The notes under the pieces are model-generated. The model saw only the letters and a program-made list of their open reading frames with translations. It made no database searches and had not been told where the DNA came from. The position numbers and the translations under genes were made by a program. From an uncultured archaeon (GTDB lineage: Archaea > Asgardarchaeota > Thorarchaeia > Thorarchaeales > Thorarchaeaceae), in assembly GCA_964473825.1 (NCBI GenBank), contig CAYYQL010000031.1:1-32385 (forward strand): 32,385 nt of DNA, read 5' to 3'. This document shows positions 8,571 to 17,817 of the stretch, piece by piece (the first letter of the stretch is position 1; each line of letters starts with the position of its first letter).

Positions 8571-10178
8571 CTACGGTAGTGGTGGGTAGACCGCTTTGCC
8601 TCGTTTCCATTCAACCTCGTACCCGTATTCGATTGTGTGCTTGTCCTTGCTTGGGATTTCTAGGTTCCATGTGATGACGCCTAACCCCTGCTTGTCTGGT
8701 GCGAGCTTCTCTATGTCTGATTTTACCTGTAGTTCTGGCTCGTTGCTGTGGGGGATTCTGTCAATGACCTCTATCTGAATGGGACTCTTTGACAGATTCT
8801 CAATGGTCAGTCTATACTTGTATCCTCTCCTCAGCTTTCCCCTTGTCAGACCTGTTTTGTAGATAGTTTTGTCCACCAGTTTCTTCTTGGCCTTGACATC
8901 ATGGGCAATGCGAGTACCAATCGTCCTCTTCTCCCGCGGAGATGTGAAATGAATCATTGTTTCACCCACGTACTCGCCCTCTGCATAGATCTTCGCTTTG
9001 CCGGCCATGAGAACACTGTCACCATTGGTCACCTCGTTTTCAGCTACGACATCAGCCATTCCGTCAGGATACCAATAATGTAGAGTTTTCGACTCCAGGT
9101 CTTCTGAGATAAGGTCCACTGGCCTCCTCTGCCCTGACTCAATCGTGACAAGCGATGGGATCTCGTATCTAGCTATACCCCCCTCAGCTTCTTCAAACTC
9201 CGCTTCATCAATCTCCATTTCAGGGACGGGTGGAGGTGGCGGTGCAGCTGCAAGCTTCGCGCTTCGAGGGGCCGCCTCTTTGGCCATGAATCTTTGTCCT
9301 CCCCCTGTCCTGGCCATCGCTGGCCTCGGAACGAATTCCCTGAGAATCAGTGGTCTTCCCTCGATGGCCTCTACAGGTCTAGCCTGTGCGCTTGAGACCA
9401 CCATCTCTACTTCTTTCCAATTCTCCTCAGTATGGTTATTCACAAGAGCAATCCGACGCATCTTAGCAGAATTCTTCTCCAGGTTGATATCGTACTGCGG
9501 TCTCCAAGATGCAGAAGAGCACTGGTAGTCCACATTGAGAAGGATCTCTGAAGTCTTCTGTACTTCGAGACTAACTTGAATGTCGAAGGTTTCCTTTGTG
9601 AGTCGAGTCCCCGTTTTCTCTGCTATTTGGTGTCTTAAGACTTCGATTTGATCGACAACATCCTTTCTCTCTTTCGACAGGGCCGCCAGTCTTTCTTTAA
9701 TCTCTTTTATCATTGATATTGAGGCACTGTCCATCTCAGCGAGTCTATCCACTGCGACCTCTCCCCCTGCGAAGGTTCTCCCAAATGTTTCTGAGAAGTC
9801 ATCCAAGACCCCGTTTACTCCGTTCATGCGACCTTGATTGGTATCGATGGCATCATCTAGCCCTTGTAGCTTTTTCTCAAGTTCACGCAGACTCTTCCTG
9901 TCCTCTGCTACATCATCGACACTCGTGACAAGTCTAGTCTGTTTAACGACATCGTAGTTGGTGATAGTAGCCGGCCCCTTCCCAGTGACCCTGAAACTCT
10001 CGCGAGACGCATCGATAGTTACACCCCGAATCCAGATCTTGCGCGACCCAGTCTCTAGCTGCTTGCTCCCTGTTCTCGTGACGAGGGCACCATCGAGAAG
10101 AACGGTGACTTTACTGATCTTGGTCTTCAAATCGGTCAAGGCAATCTCCTTACTATCCGTGTACAGAATCATGTCCAT
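8571..10178 (-). CDS. DUF4140-DUF4139 (MuiA-like) protein, paralog A
   Basis: ISKVTVLLDGALVTR, SFRVTG, coiled coil, ASWRPQYDI, NHTEENWKEV, VIDRIPHS; same architecture and PPLP end as its neighbour. Confidence 0.88.
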   Translation of the reverse strand: MDMILYTDSKEIALTDLKTKISKVTVLLDGALVTRTGSKQLETGSRKIWIRGVTIDASRESFRVTGKGPATITNYDVVKQTRLVTSVDDVAEDRKSLRELEKKLQGLDDAIDTNQGRMNGVNGVLDDFSETFGRTFAGGEVAVDRLAEMDSASISMIKEIKERLAALSKERKDVVDQIEVLRHQIAEKTGTRLTKETFDIQVSLEVQKTSEILLNVDYQCSSASWRPQYDINLEKNSAKMRRIALVNNHTEENWKEVEMVVSSAQARPVEAIEGRPLILREFVPRPAMARTGGGQRFMAKEAAPRSAKLAAAPPPPPVPEMEIDEAEFEEAEGGIARYEIPSLVTIESGQRRPVDLISEDLESKTLHYWYPDGMADVVAENEVTNGDSVLMAGKAKIYAEGEYVGETMIHFTSPREKRTIGTRIAHDVKAKKKLVDKTIYKTGLTRGKLRRGYKYRLTIENLSKSPIQIEVIDRIPHSNEPELQVKSDIEKLAPDKQGLGVITWNLEIPSKDKHTIEYGYEVEWKRGKAVYPPLP

Positions 10179-10272
10179 TTATCTCTTGAGTCTGGCTGTG
10201 GTCTTTTCTCTGAATGGGCTTGTTGCTTTCGACTCGAAACAGGTCTTAGCAAATCGATACACCATTCCATTA

Positions 10273-11643
10273 TCAGAGGCATATCCAGAACCATCTCATG
10301 TATTCTGGGGCAAAGACAACTCTTGAGTCAGAGGGGAGATGAATGTGATTTCCTTGGAATCCGTAGAACTCGTAAGAACCAGACTCGTATACGAAGCCGC
10401 AAGTCCCAGAGGCGCGATGTTCATTTATGCGTTCAACCCAAAAGCTTCTAACTATTTCAGCGGTTCCAATCGAATCATACCATTGCAGCTCAACTATGAT
10501 TTCGCCCTGGTCGTGTAACGAGAGCATCACGTCTATTGCTGTTATGGTGCCCATCTGAAAAGTATCATCTCGCAGATTGTGGGCACTTACACTTACATTT
10601 TCGAAAACAAGCGTTCCACTCATAGTCTGAATAATGACTTCATCTATCACAACAGAGCCATTATTCGAGTTGAATCTCACGATTTCCTCCACAAAGGTTT
10701 CATGTACTCGGTTAATGAAGTCACGAGAGGCTCTATAGAACTCCAGGGTAGTTCCATTACGCCATGGATACAGATCCATCCGGAAGACATTGTTTTCAGG
10801 CCAACCACCTGAGTAATGAGCTCGGTACCACCAGTTATCGATTCCATTCAACGAGGTAATAGTGTGAGTGTTCATCGAGGCATTGTAGTTGTACTCAAGA
10901 GTGATGTTACTCCTCTCCGCCACATGAACAAGCACATCGAACATCGAGAAGTGACCTGACTGAAATATGTCGGGCCGAAGTGTGTTCACCTCAGTGGGGT
11001 TGAACTCGTAACTCTGACCATCGATGGTAACTAATGCCATCTGTGTTTCATCAATGTCTTGTTCACCATTCGGTAGAAGCGGGAGATTGATGTGCGCAAC
11101 AAGAAGAATGAGCCCTATGCTTATGGCGGCAACAACCAGTCGAGGGACTCTTGACGTTATTCGCCTACGGATGAAGACGAAGTGGAAGCCAATGCCAACA
11201 TGAACAATCACGGTTATTGCGAGGAAGAGATCATAGATTCTGTGCAGTTCAAATGGGACCACTGTTCCTACCAATGGAGATAGTGATTCATACCCGTGTA
11301 ATCCAGAAACAATCATGATTAAGGTAAAGATAACAATCAGCCAGCCGGAGATTCTCTGGAGCAGTCTGGCAGAGAGTAATGACCTGCTGTGACCTTCCAT
11401 AATGAGTCTAAAAGACTTGCTCCAGCTGATTCCAAAATAGAAGCTCGATATGGTCACATGAATCCCAAAGACACCAATGAAGAGGATCTTGCTGGCTCTA
11501 TGCAGAAAAGAGAGTGTGTAAACATCAGGATGGAGACCTCGTGCTAATGCATAACCCGTACCGATTGTGATTATTGAAACAATTGACAAGAGCCAGGAAA
11601 CGATCCTGTGAATACGTACCTTCTTTGACCGCATGCAAATCAT
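10273..11643 (-). CDS. 5-TM membrane protein with cytochrome-b-like His pattern and duplicated C-terminal external domain
   Basis: Two copies of a [H/Q]RIxxW..[TS]G..LHR..H helix pair; internal repeat LRxDxFQxGxxxxxDV; several N-x-S/T sequons. Confidence 0.6.
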   Translation of the reverse strand: MICMRSKKVRIHRIVSWLLSIVSIITIGTGYALARGLHPDVYTLSFLHRASKILFIGVFGIHVTISSFYFGISWSKSFRLIMEGHSRSLLSARLLQRISGWLIVIFTLIMIVSGLHGYESLSPLVGTVVPFELHRIYDLFLAITVIVHVGIGFHFVFIRRRITSRVPRLVVAAISIGLILLVAHINLPLLPNGEQDIDETQMALVTIDGQSYEFNPTEVNTLRPDIFQSGHFSMFDVLVHVAERSNITLEYNYNASMNTHTITSLNGIDNWWYRAHYSGGWPENNVFRMDLYPWRNGTTLEFYRASRDFINRVHETFVEEIVRFNSNNGSVVIDEVIIQTMSGTLVFENVSVSAHNLRDDTFQMGTITAIDVMLSLHDQGEIIVELQWYDSIGTAEIVRSFWVERINEHRASGTCGFVYESGSYEFYGFQGNHIHLPSDSRVVFAPEYMRWFWICL

Positions 11644-12055
11644 CGGATATAGTAACGCCGAACTAATAGTATTTCAGGTGTGTACACCGAAATTCAAGGA
11701 TTGTCCGTCAGCAATACTGCCATGACGGACTGAAGGAAAAGTGAAATCATCAATTCTAGACGGATTAAGTTGAACCAGTGCTCGCTCTAAACCAATTCGC
11801 GATCTCTATCGGCCGACCCTTGGCGGTGATGCTATCTGCTGATTAGACTACAGAACCCGCCCATCCAATTGTCTGCAGAATCACACCTCTTATGCTAGTG
11901 AAATGCAGGGAAGAGTCTTACAACATAATCCAGTTCTGAACCGTATTGTATGAACCGTACCGAGCTTTCGGAAGTTCACCTGGACTGCAACAGCTGTCCT
12001 AGGTCATCAGTTGGGACGTGTGTTGTGAATATACAGAGCGTTGTCCTTCGCAGTT

Positions 12056-12526
12056 CTATGCATCTCTTTTCCAGCTGAATTTGAACTGCTTTCCATCCCT
12101 CTTGTCGAAATGCTGGGCAATGTCCTCTCGTATCTCTTCATTATCGCCCTTTCCGAGGTCAAGTTCGATGTATGCACTTTGGCCATCCTTCTTGTGATAT
12201 GCCTCGTTGAATATCTTGAGAACGGTGTCTACTATCTTGTCAAGGTCTCGTGGCTTCTCGTCAAAGTTCTTTGCAAAGATATCATTCGAGCCCTCTTCAG
12301 GAACTATTCCCATCCCCTCAAGAAGCTTGACATCTGAGTCATTCAGCTTCACTGGTTTTATGTACATATTTCCTGCGACCTGCACACGCAGATTGTCCTT
12401 GCTTCTCCTATAGCGGAAATTTGCCCACCCGGGTCTTACTACGAACATGCAGTAACTGGCTCCTTTTGCATGTGTGAGTAGAGCGTTCAGAGCTTTCTTC
12501 ATTCCTTCGCGGATATCGTCACTCAT
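12056..12526 (-). CDS. Hypothetical protein, possible TY-Chap (YbjN/T3SS-chaperone-like) domain
   Basis: ATG at 12526 with TTTTATGA about 40 nt upstream; LRVQVAGNMYIKPVKLNDSDVKLLEGMG...LKIFNEAY resembles my recollection of that family. Confidence 0.5.
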   Translation of the reverse strand: MSDDIREGMKKALNALLTHAKGASYCMFVVRPGWANFRYRRSKDNLRVQVAGNMYIKPVKLNDSDVKLLEGMGIVPEEGSNDIFAKNFDEKPRDLDKIVDTVLKIFNEAYHKKDGQSAYIELDLGKGDNEEIREDIAQHFDKRDGKQFKFSWKRDA

Positions 12527-12804
12527 AGTTTGCACCAAGTATGGCCTGAGGGCTGAGCAGCTTCATAAAAGTCTTGTTTGTTGTTTCTGTTCGGAGGGTC
12601 TAGCAGACAGTCTTCAACTCATCTCGTTGCCCTTTCTCAGCCCCAAGAACGGGGCTGTCTGTTTCGAGCAACAGGTGTTCATTGTCGATTTCCCTCAGTG
12701 TAGCTTCTCAGGCTGACGGCTTTCTTGCCTTGTGATCTGGAATTTCTTAAGGTCAAGTTATCTTGGCCATAGCGTTATGTGCCTGAGATGATATTGGCTG
12801 ATTC

Positions 12805-13329
12805 ATGCGGCCAAAGAAAATCATCTTGGATGATGGAAGAACAGTCACAGTCCGGCAACGAAGACGGGAAGACGCGGAGGCTCTGTTTGGTATGTATTCG
12901 TCAATGTCTGACGATGCCCGGCGGTGGACCATGGCACCCATCACTCGCGAACGCATTGACAGATGGCTCTCTCAGGAAGAACAAGTCTTTGCAATCGTTG
13001 CTACTACAGGTGACCGAGTAGTGGGACACTCCGCATTCTTTATTCATGGTTTCGCCCGTCTGAAGGGGTGCGCAGACATAGGTATCCAGATACATCAGGA
13101 TTTTCAGGGAGTTGGTTTGGGTACAGCCATGACAGAGATATGTATCAGGAGGGCCAAAGAAGCCGATATTCACCGGCTCTCACTAGAGGTAGTTGCAGAG
13201 AACGAAGTTGCAGTCCATCTCTATGACAAGCTCGGCTTCGTGAGAGAGGGTGTGAAACGAGATGCATTCTTTGGGGAAGATGGCAAGTATCACGACTTGG
13301 TAGTAATGGGGCAGATTCTGAGCAGATGA
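12805..13329 (+). CDS. GNAT family N-acetyltransferase
   Basis: Motif A IHQDFQGVGLG, LEVVAENEVAVHLYDKLGF. Confidence 0.92.
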   Translation: MRPKKIILDDGRTVTVRQRRREDAEALFGMYSSMSDDARRWTMAPITRERIDRWLSQEEQVFAIVATTGDRVVGHSAFFIHGFARLKGCADIGIQIHQDFQGVGLGTAMTEICIRRAKEADIHRLSLEVVAENEVAVHLYDKLGFVREGVKRDAFFGEDGKYHDLVVMGQILSR

Positions 13330-13439
13330 GATACCACGCGGCTTGAGTCTAAGACCAATCTGCATAGCAATTGGTATTGGACTGACGGCCGAGAGAATAC
13401 TCATATGGCGAGTTGTTCCATAAGCATGAAGGTTCTGCT

Positions 13440-13943
13440 ATGTCTACGAACAAATGGAGAGAGTTCGATCCTCCCGAGAAAGGTCTGAATGAGAATGAAG
13501 CGGTTAAATGGAGCCAAAAGGCGGGGGTCGAGTTCAACCTCATCTTCTGTGGTATTTGCCTTCCATTGGCCTCCGTCTTTTTCGCCTATCCTATTGTTCT
13601 ATTCTTGGGAGAACAGGTTGGGACAGCTGTTCTTGTAGGTATCGGCGTTATGATTCTTTACTACTTCGGTCAGATGATAAGAAGGAAAATGACCAAGTAC
13701 TTCCTGACTTCAGAGCGCCTGCTCGAGGTAAGGGGAGGCATCATCGAGGCGGAGATTCCGCTAGTTAATCTTCGAGGGCTTGACCCTGCGCAATATCTGA
13801 CCTCAAGACTGAGTCACGATGATGGCCCCTACAACTACTACAACATAGACATTGCTGATCCAGTAGAAGGCACTACTCTCTACATGACTGCCATGCGTGA
13901 GGATGTGGTCGAGATGCTCAGCGGTCTCGGCGAATCAGGGTAG
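13440..13943 (+). CDS. Hypothetical membrane protein (2 TM plus PH-like domain)
   Basis: Two hydrophobic helices then TKYFLTSERLLEVRGG...EIPL, a YxxTxxR pattern seen in bPH domains; ATG 13440 preferred over TTG 13413. Confidence 0.55.
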   Translation: MSTNKWREFDPPEKGLNENEAVKWSQKAGVEFNLIFCGICLPLASVFFAYPIVLFLGEQVGTAVLVGIGVMILYYFGQMIRRKMTKYFLTSERLLEVRGGIIEAEIPLVNLRGLDPAQYLTSRLSHDDGPYNYYNIDIADPVEGTTLYMTAMREDVVEMLSGLGESG

Positions 13944-13986
13944 GTATCTGAAAAAGCTTATCTGATGCATAGAATAGTGAAGAGTC

Positions 13987-16064
13987 ATGCCTCAACCTCC
14001 CGTCGCAAAGAAGGAGCCGCGTGAAACTGAGATTCACGGCATAGTGCTTAAGGACGACTACTTTTGGCTCAGAAACAAACACTCGGAGGACGTTCTCGAG
14101 TATCTCCAAGCGGAGAATGAGTACACAGTTCAGATGGTGAGAGATACAGAGAAGCTCCAAGAGCAGCTTTTTGGAGAGATGAAGTCACGCATAAGAGAGG
14201 ACGACGAGAGTGCCCCCATCAGATATGGCGACTACTACTATTACTACAGGCAGGTGAAAGGAAAGAATTACAGGATACACTGCAGGAAGAGGGGCTCTCT
14301 TGAGGCCCAAGAGGAAGTCATCCTGGACGAGAATGCCCTCGCAGAGGATCGAAAGTACTTCAACATTGGTTCTCTGAGAATCAGCAACGACCATACACTT
14401 CTGGCATACACGGCAGACTTCTCAGGCGGCGAAACCTATGAGGCTCATGTTGTTTCCCTACTGACGGGGGAGATTGTTGATCGAGTGGAGAATATAGGTG
14501 CCCGACTTGAATGGACCGGGGACGATTCTGCGCTTTTCTATACCGAGCTCGATGATATACACAGGGACTACACAGTTTCCTGTCACATACTCAGGACCGA
14601 ACAAGGTGAGGACAAACGCATCTTCAAGGAGGATGACACGCATTTCGTCGTCCAGATGAAAAGATCAGCAGATGGAAGATATCTCTTCGTCTACTCGGTG
14701 AACAGTGCGTCAGAGACCGTAGAGGTCAGGTATCTGGATCTGGAGGAAGAGGAGCCCGCGCTTTCTATGTTGTTCTCAAGAGATATTGGCTCGGAGTTTC
14801 TCGTGGAACATCATGATGGACTTTTCTATTTCCTTACAGACCACAATACATCTACGACTTTCCGATTGTTGCGGACCCCTATCGATCATTTGAAGGAAGA
14901 CGCTTGGCGACCTGTCACTGAGAGAAGATTCGAAACGAGAAGACCCCAGCTTGTTGTCTTTCGTGGCCATCTTGTAGTCTTATCGCGAAGCGAGGGACTT
15001 GGCACAATGACGGTACACGATTTGTCGTCTGGAGAGGAACACGATATTGAACTTCCTGAGGATATCTACAGCATCAGTTTCACCCTCGGACGGTTCTCTC
15101 AAGTGTTCTACTTCGGAAACCCTGAATACAACACGGAAAATCTTAGGTTCTATTTCAGCTCACCCATCACGCCCCGGACGTCCTATGACTACAACATGGC
15201 TGCACGAGAACTGCAACTGAAAAAGAGGGACGAGATAAAGGGCTTTGATCCTTCGAAATATACCACCAAGAAGGAGCATGCCATTGCTCCTGATGGCACG
15301 CGAATACCATCTCCTTGGCTTATCGTAATGACATCAGGTCAGACGGTGGTTCTCCATTGCTCCTGTACGGTTACGGCTCCTATGGCTATCCCACGGATCC
15401 TGGTTTCGACCATAAGCGACTGAGTCTGTTAGAGCGAGGAATGATCTTCGCCATCGCTCACATCCGAGGGGGTGGCGAGTTCGGAAAGAGATGGTACCAT
15501 GAGGGCAAGCTCCGAAACAAGATGAACACTTTCACCGACTTCATTGCATGCGCGGAGTACCTTATCTCTGAAGGCTATACATGCAGCGATAGGCTCTGTG
15601 CCTGGGGCGGAAGTGCCGGAGGTCTCCTCATGGGAGCAGTCGTCAACCTTCGGCCGGATCTCTTCGGTTGCGTGGTGGCTTCGGTGCCCTTTGTGGACGT
15701 GATAAACACCATGCTTGATGATACAATCCCGCTTACTACTTTCGAGTACGAGGAATGGGGCGATCCACGCATCGAGGAGCAGTTCGAGTGGATGATGGAG
15801 TATTCCCCCTATGACAACGTGGAAAGGAAGGACTATCCACCTTTACTGATTACAGCAGGTTACAATGACCCACGAGTTCAGTACTGGGAGCCCGCAAAAT
15901 TGACTGCAAGACTCCGTCGCATGAAGACCGACCAGAATCCCCTGCTGCTCAAGACAAAGATGGAGACCGGGCACTTCAGTTCAAGTGGCCGCTACGACTA
16001 TATGAAAGACTACGCATTCAACTATGCATTCATTCTTGATACACTGGGTCTACACGACTCCTAG
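13987..16064 (+). pseudogene. ptrB: Oligopeptidase B (S9A, protease II) split by a single-base frameshift at about 15309
   Basis: First frame encodes DDYFWLR and the beta-propeller up to DGTRIP; second frame continues ISLAYR, GYGSYG, GGSAGG (Ser), NDPRV (Asp), GH (His). May be an intact gene with a sequencing error. Confidence 0.85.
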
Positions 16065-16104
16065 ATAGTGCACAATAGTCTGCTTTGTTGTGACAATGCT
16101 CTAG

Positions 16105-16113
16105 TTTTTTATG
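16105..16113 (+). promoter_or_regulatory. TATA-box-like element, probably leaderless transcript of the nucleoside phosphorylase
   Basis: TTTTTATG ends about 22 nt before ATG 16135; no SD motif. Confidence 0.5.
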
Positions 16114-16134
16114 TTAGACTATAATTGACTGCGT

Positions 16135-16899
16135 ATGCGAGTTGCAATAATTGGAGGATCCGGGTTCTATCGTTTCTTTGAAGGAAACACCGGGCGGAGA
16201 AGCACTCCCTATGGAGAGAGCAGCCCTATCACCGAGTTTCAGGTGAACGATGAGACTGCCTACTTCTTACCCCGTCATGGTAAGGGGCACTCGGTACCTC
16301 CACATCTCGTGAACTATCGGGCGAACATCTATGCTCTTCGTGAGCTTGACATCATGCACATTGTGGCGACGAATGCCGTGGGTAGTTGTCATACCGAGAT
16401 GAAACCAGGTGACATTGTTGTGCCCGACCAGCTCATAGACTCGACTGTTGGTAGGGTGTCAACCTTTTTCGTTGGGGACTCCGATGAGAAGATACCGGCT
16501 CAGTTCAAGGCAGTAAGGCATACTGATGTCAGTTATCCCTACGAGGGGGAGGTCAGACGGGCACTTCTTGCTGCACTTGCTGCACGTGATAACATCACCT
16601 ACCATTCGGAGGGTACGTACGTCTGCAACAATGGGCCTCGGTTTGAAACAGCGGCGGAAGTGAAAATGGCAAGGATACTAGGGGGGCATCTCTTGGGAAT
16701 GACTTCTGCCCCAGAGGTCTTTCTTGCACGGGAGTTAGGCATGGATTACGCGACAATCTGCTTGGTTACCAACTACGGTGCGGGTATGCAGGATTCGGTC
16801 TCCCACGAGGAAGTACTAGAGCTGTTCAACGAGCGCATCGAAGCTGTCAGAGATATCATTCTCGACTGCACGGAATCTCTCCTTGCGATGAAGAGGTAG
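16135..16899 (+). CDS. MTAP-family purine nucleoside phosphorylase (likely methylthioinosine/6-oxopurine type)
   Basis: IIGGSG, LPRHG.GH..PPHLVNYRAN, GPRFETAAE, GMT..PE..LARE, VTNYGAG. Confidence 0.9.
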   Translation: MRVAIIGGSGFYRFFEGNTGRRSTPYGESSPITEFQVNDETAYFLPRHGKGHSVPPHLVNYRANIYALRELDIMHIVATNAVGSCHTEMKPGDIVVPDQLIDSTVGRVSTFFVGDSDEKIPAQFKAVRHTDVSYPYEGEVRRALLAALAARDNITYHSEGTYVCNNGPRFETAAEVKMARILGGHLLGMTSAPEVFLARELGMDYATICLVTNYGAGMQDSVSHEEVLELFNERIEAVRDIILDCTESLLAMKR

Positions 16900-17141
16900 C
16901 AGACTCTGAGATGCTGTGAGCATCTGTGTACTGAGAGACTCGTGGATCCTCTCCCCTTCTGCCAGAGTCTATGCACCTAGATATCATGGTACGAAAAGCC
17001 TCTCAGAAGCCTAGAGAAACTCAAGTCCTTTTCTGATCCGCCACATCTTGACAAAACAGTCTGGAACGGGGAGAGCAATCTCTATATCATTCATCCTGCT
17101 GAGAGAAATACTCAGATATTCAATCTGACGAGGTGTGCTTC

Positions 17142-17447
17142 TTGGATGATTCTGGTCTGCGGGTGAAAATCTTCGAGTACCGAGGCGAAACATCAGTCTT
17201 CATTGATGCCGAAATCAATGATCAAGGCGACCTAGTGATGTCCGGTCAGGACATTGGAAAGGAGCCTGAAGAGTTCTTTGGAGACTCCGACTATGAGTAT
17301 TGGGTTGTTGTGAAGGAAGAGCATAAGGACCGTGTGCTTCTTGCCCTGATGAAAGAAGTATATGGTAGCAACTCTAAGGCAGTCACAGCTTTCATGCAGA
17401 TGATGAAATCGAAAGGCATCCCATACGACTTCGATACTTGGACATGA
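17142..17447 (+). CDS. Small hypothetical protein
   Basis: SD GAGGTG at 17130-17135 before TTG 17142; protein-like composition (GQDIG...FGDSDYEYW). Confidence 0.7.
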   Translation: MDDSGLRVKIFEYRGETSVFIDAEINDQGDLVMSGQDIGKEPEEFFGDSDYEYWVVVKEEHKDRVLLALMKEVYGSNSKAVTAFMQMMKSKGIPYDFDTWT

Positions 17448-17817
17448 ACTGGGGTCGCCTCCTTCACGGAATCACCAATTTATCCAAATGGTTCCTTCCA
17501 CGCTTGTTCATTGGAGCGAATTGTTCGAGACATCTAGCTTGTTTCTGTCGGTTCACGGATTAATGAAGGAACTCTGTATCAACCTGATTTGGCTACATCT
17601 GAATGACTCAGAGAGATTGTGCTATCCAGTGTATGCGCAGCCTCATGACCTTACCGCAGCAATCGGGAGTCTAGCCAGCTGTCCTCAGCCCGTCTGCAAG
17701 TTGTGCCTCAAGATATTGTTTGGTTACTAGATGGGTGAGGACCAGCGGTGCGATGAAGCTCAGAGCTATGACGATGGATAATGTGAGATGTGGGATGCCA
17801 AGAGCCATGGGTGCTAG

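Noticed and set aside
11975-12010. SECIS element or hammerhead ribozyme (CUGAUGA...stem...UGAA on the minus strand)
   Set aside because: The apical loop UGUU lacks the AA motif, there is no lower helix, and the upstream gene has no in-frame UGA within its coding region (the UGA at 12563-65 lies in the TATA-like box). A hammerhead needs GAAA and stems I and III, which are absent.
12638-12657. CAGCCCC-AAGAAC-GGGGCTG hairpin between divergent genes
   Set aside because: An isolated 7-bp stem with no gene ending nearby and no second copy seen; cannot be distinguished from chance.
15301-15330. Programmed -1 ribosomal frameshift in ptrB
   Set aside because: No slippery heptamer or evident stimulatory structure, and I know of no precedent in this family.
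17448-17817. 80-aa ORF 17488-17730 or an RNA gene in this gap
   Set aside because: No recognisable motif, SD or tRNA cloverleaf.
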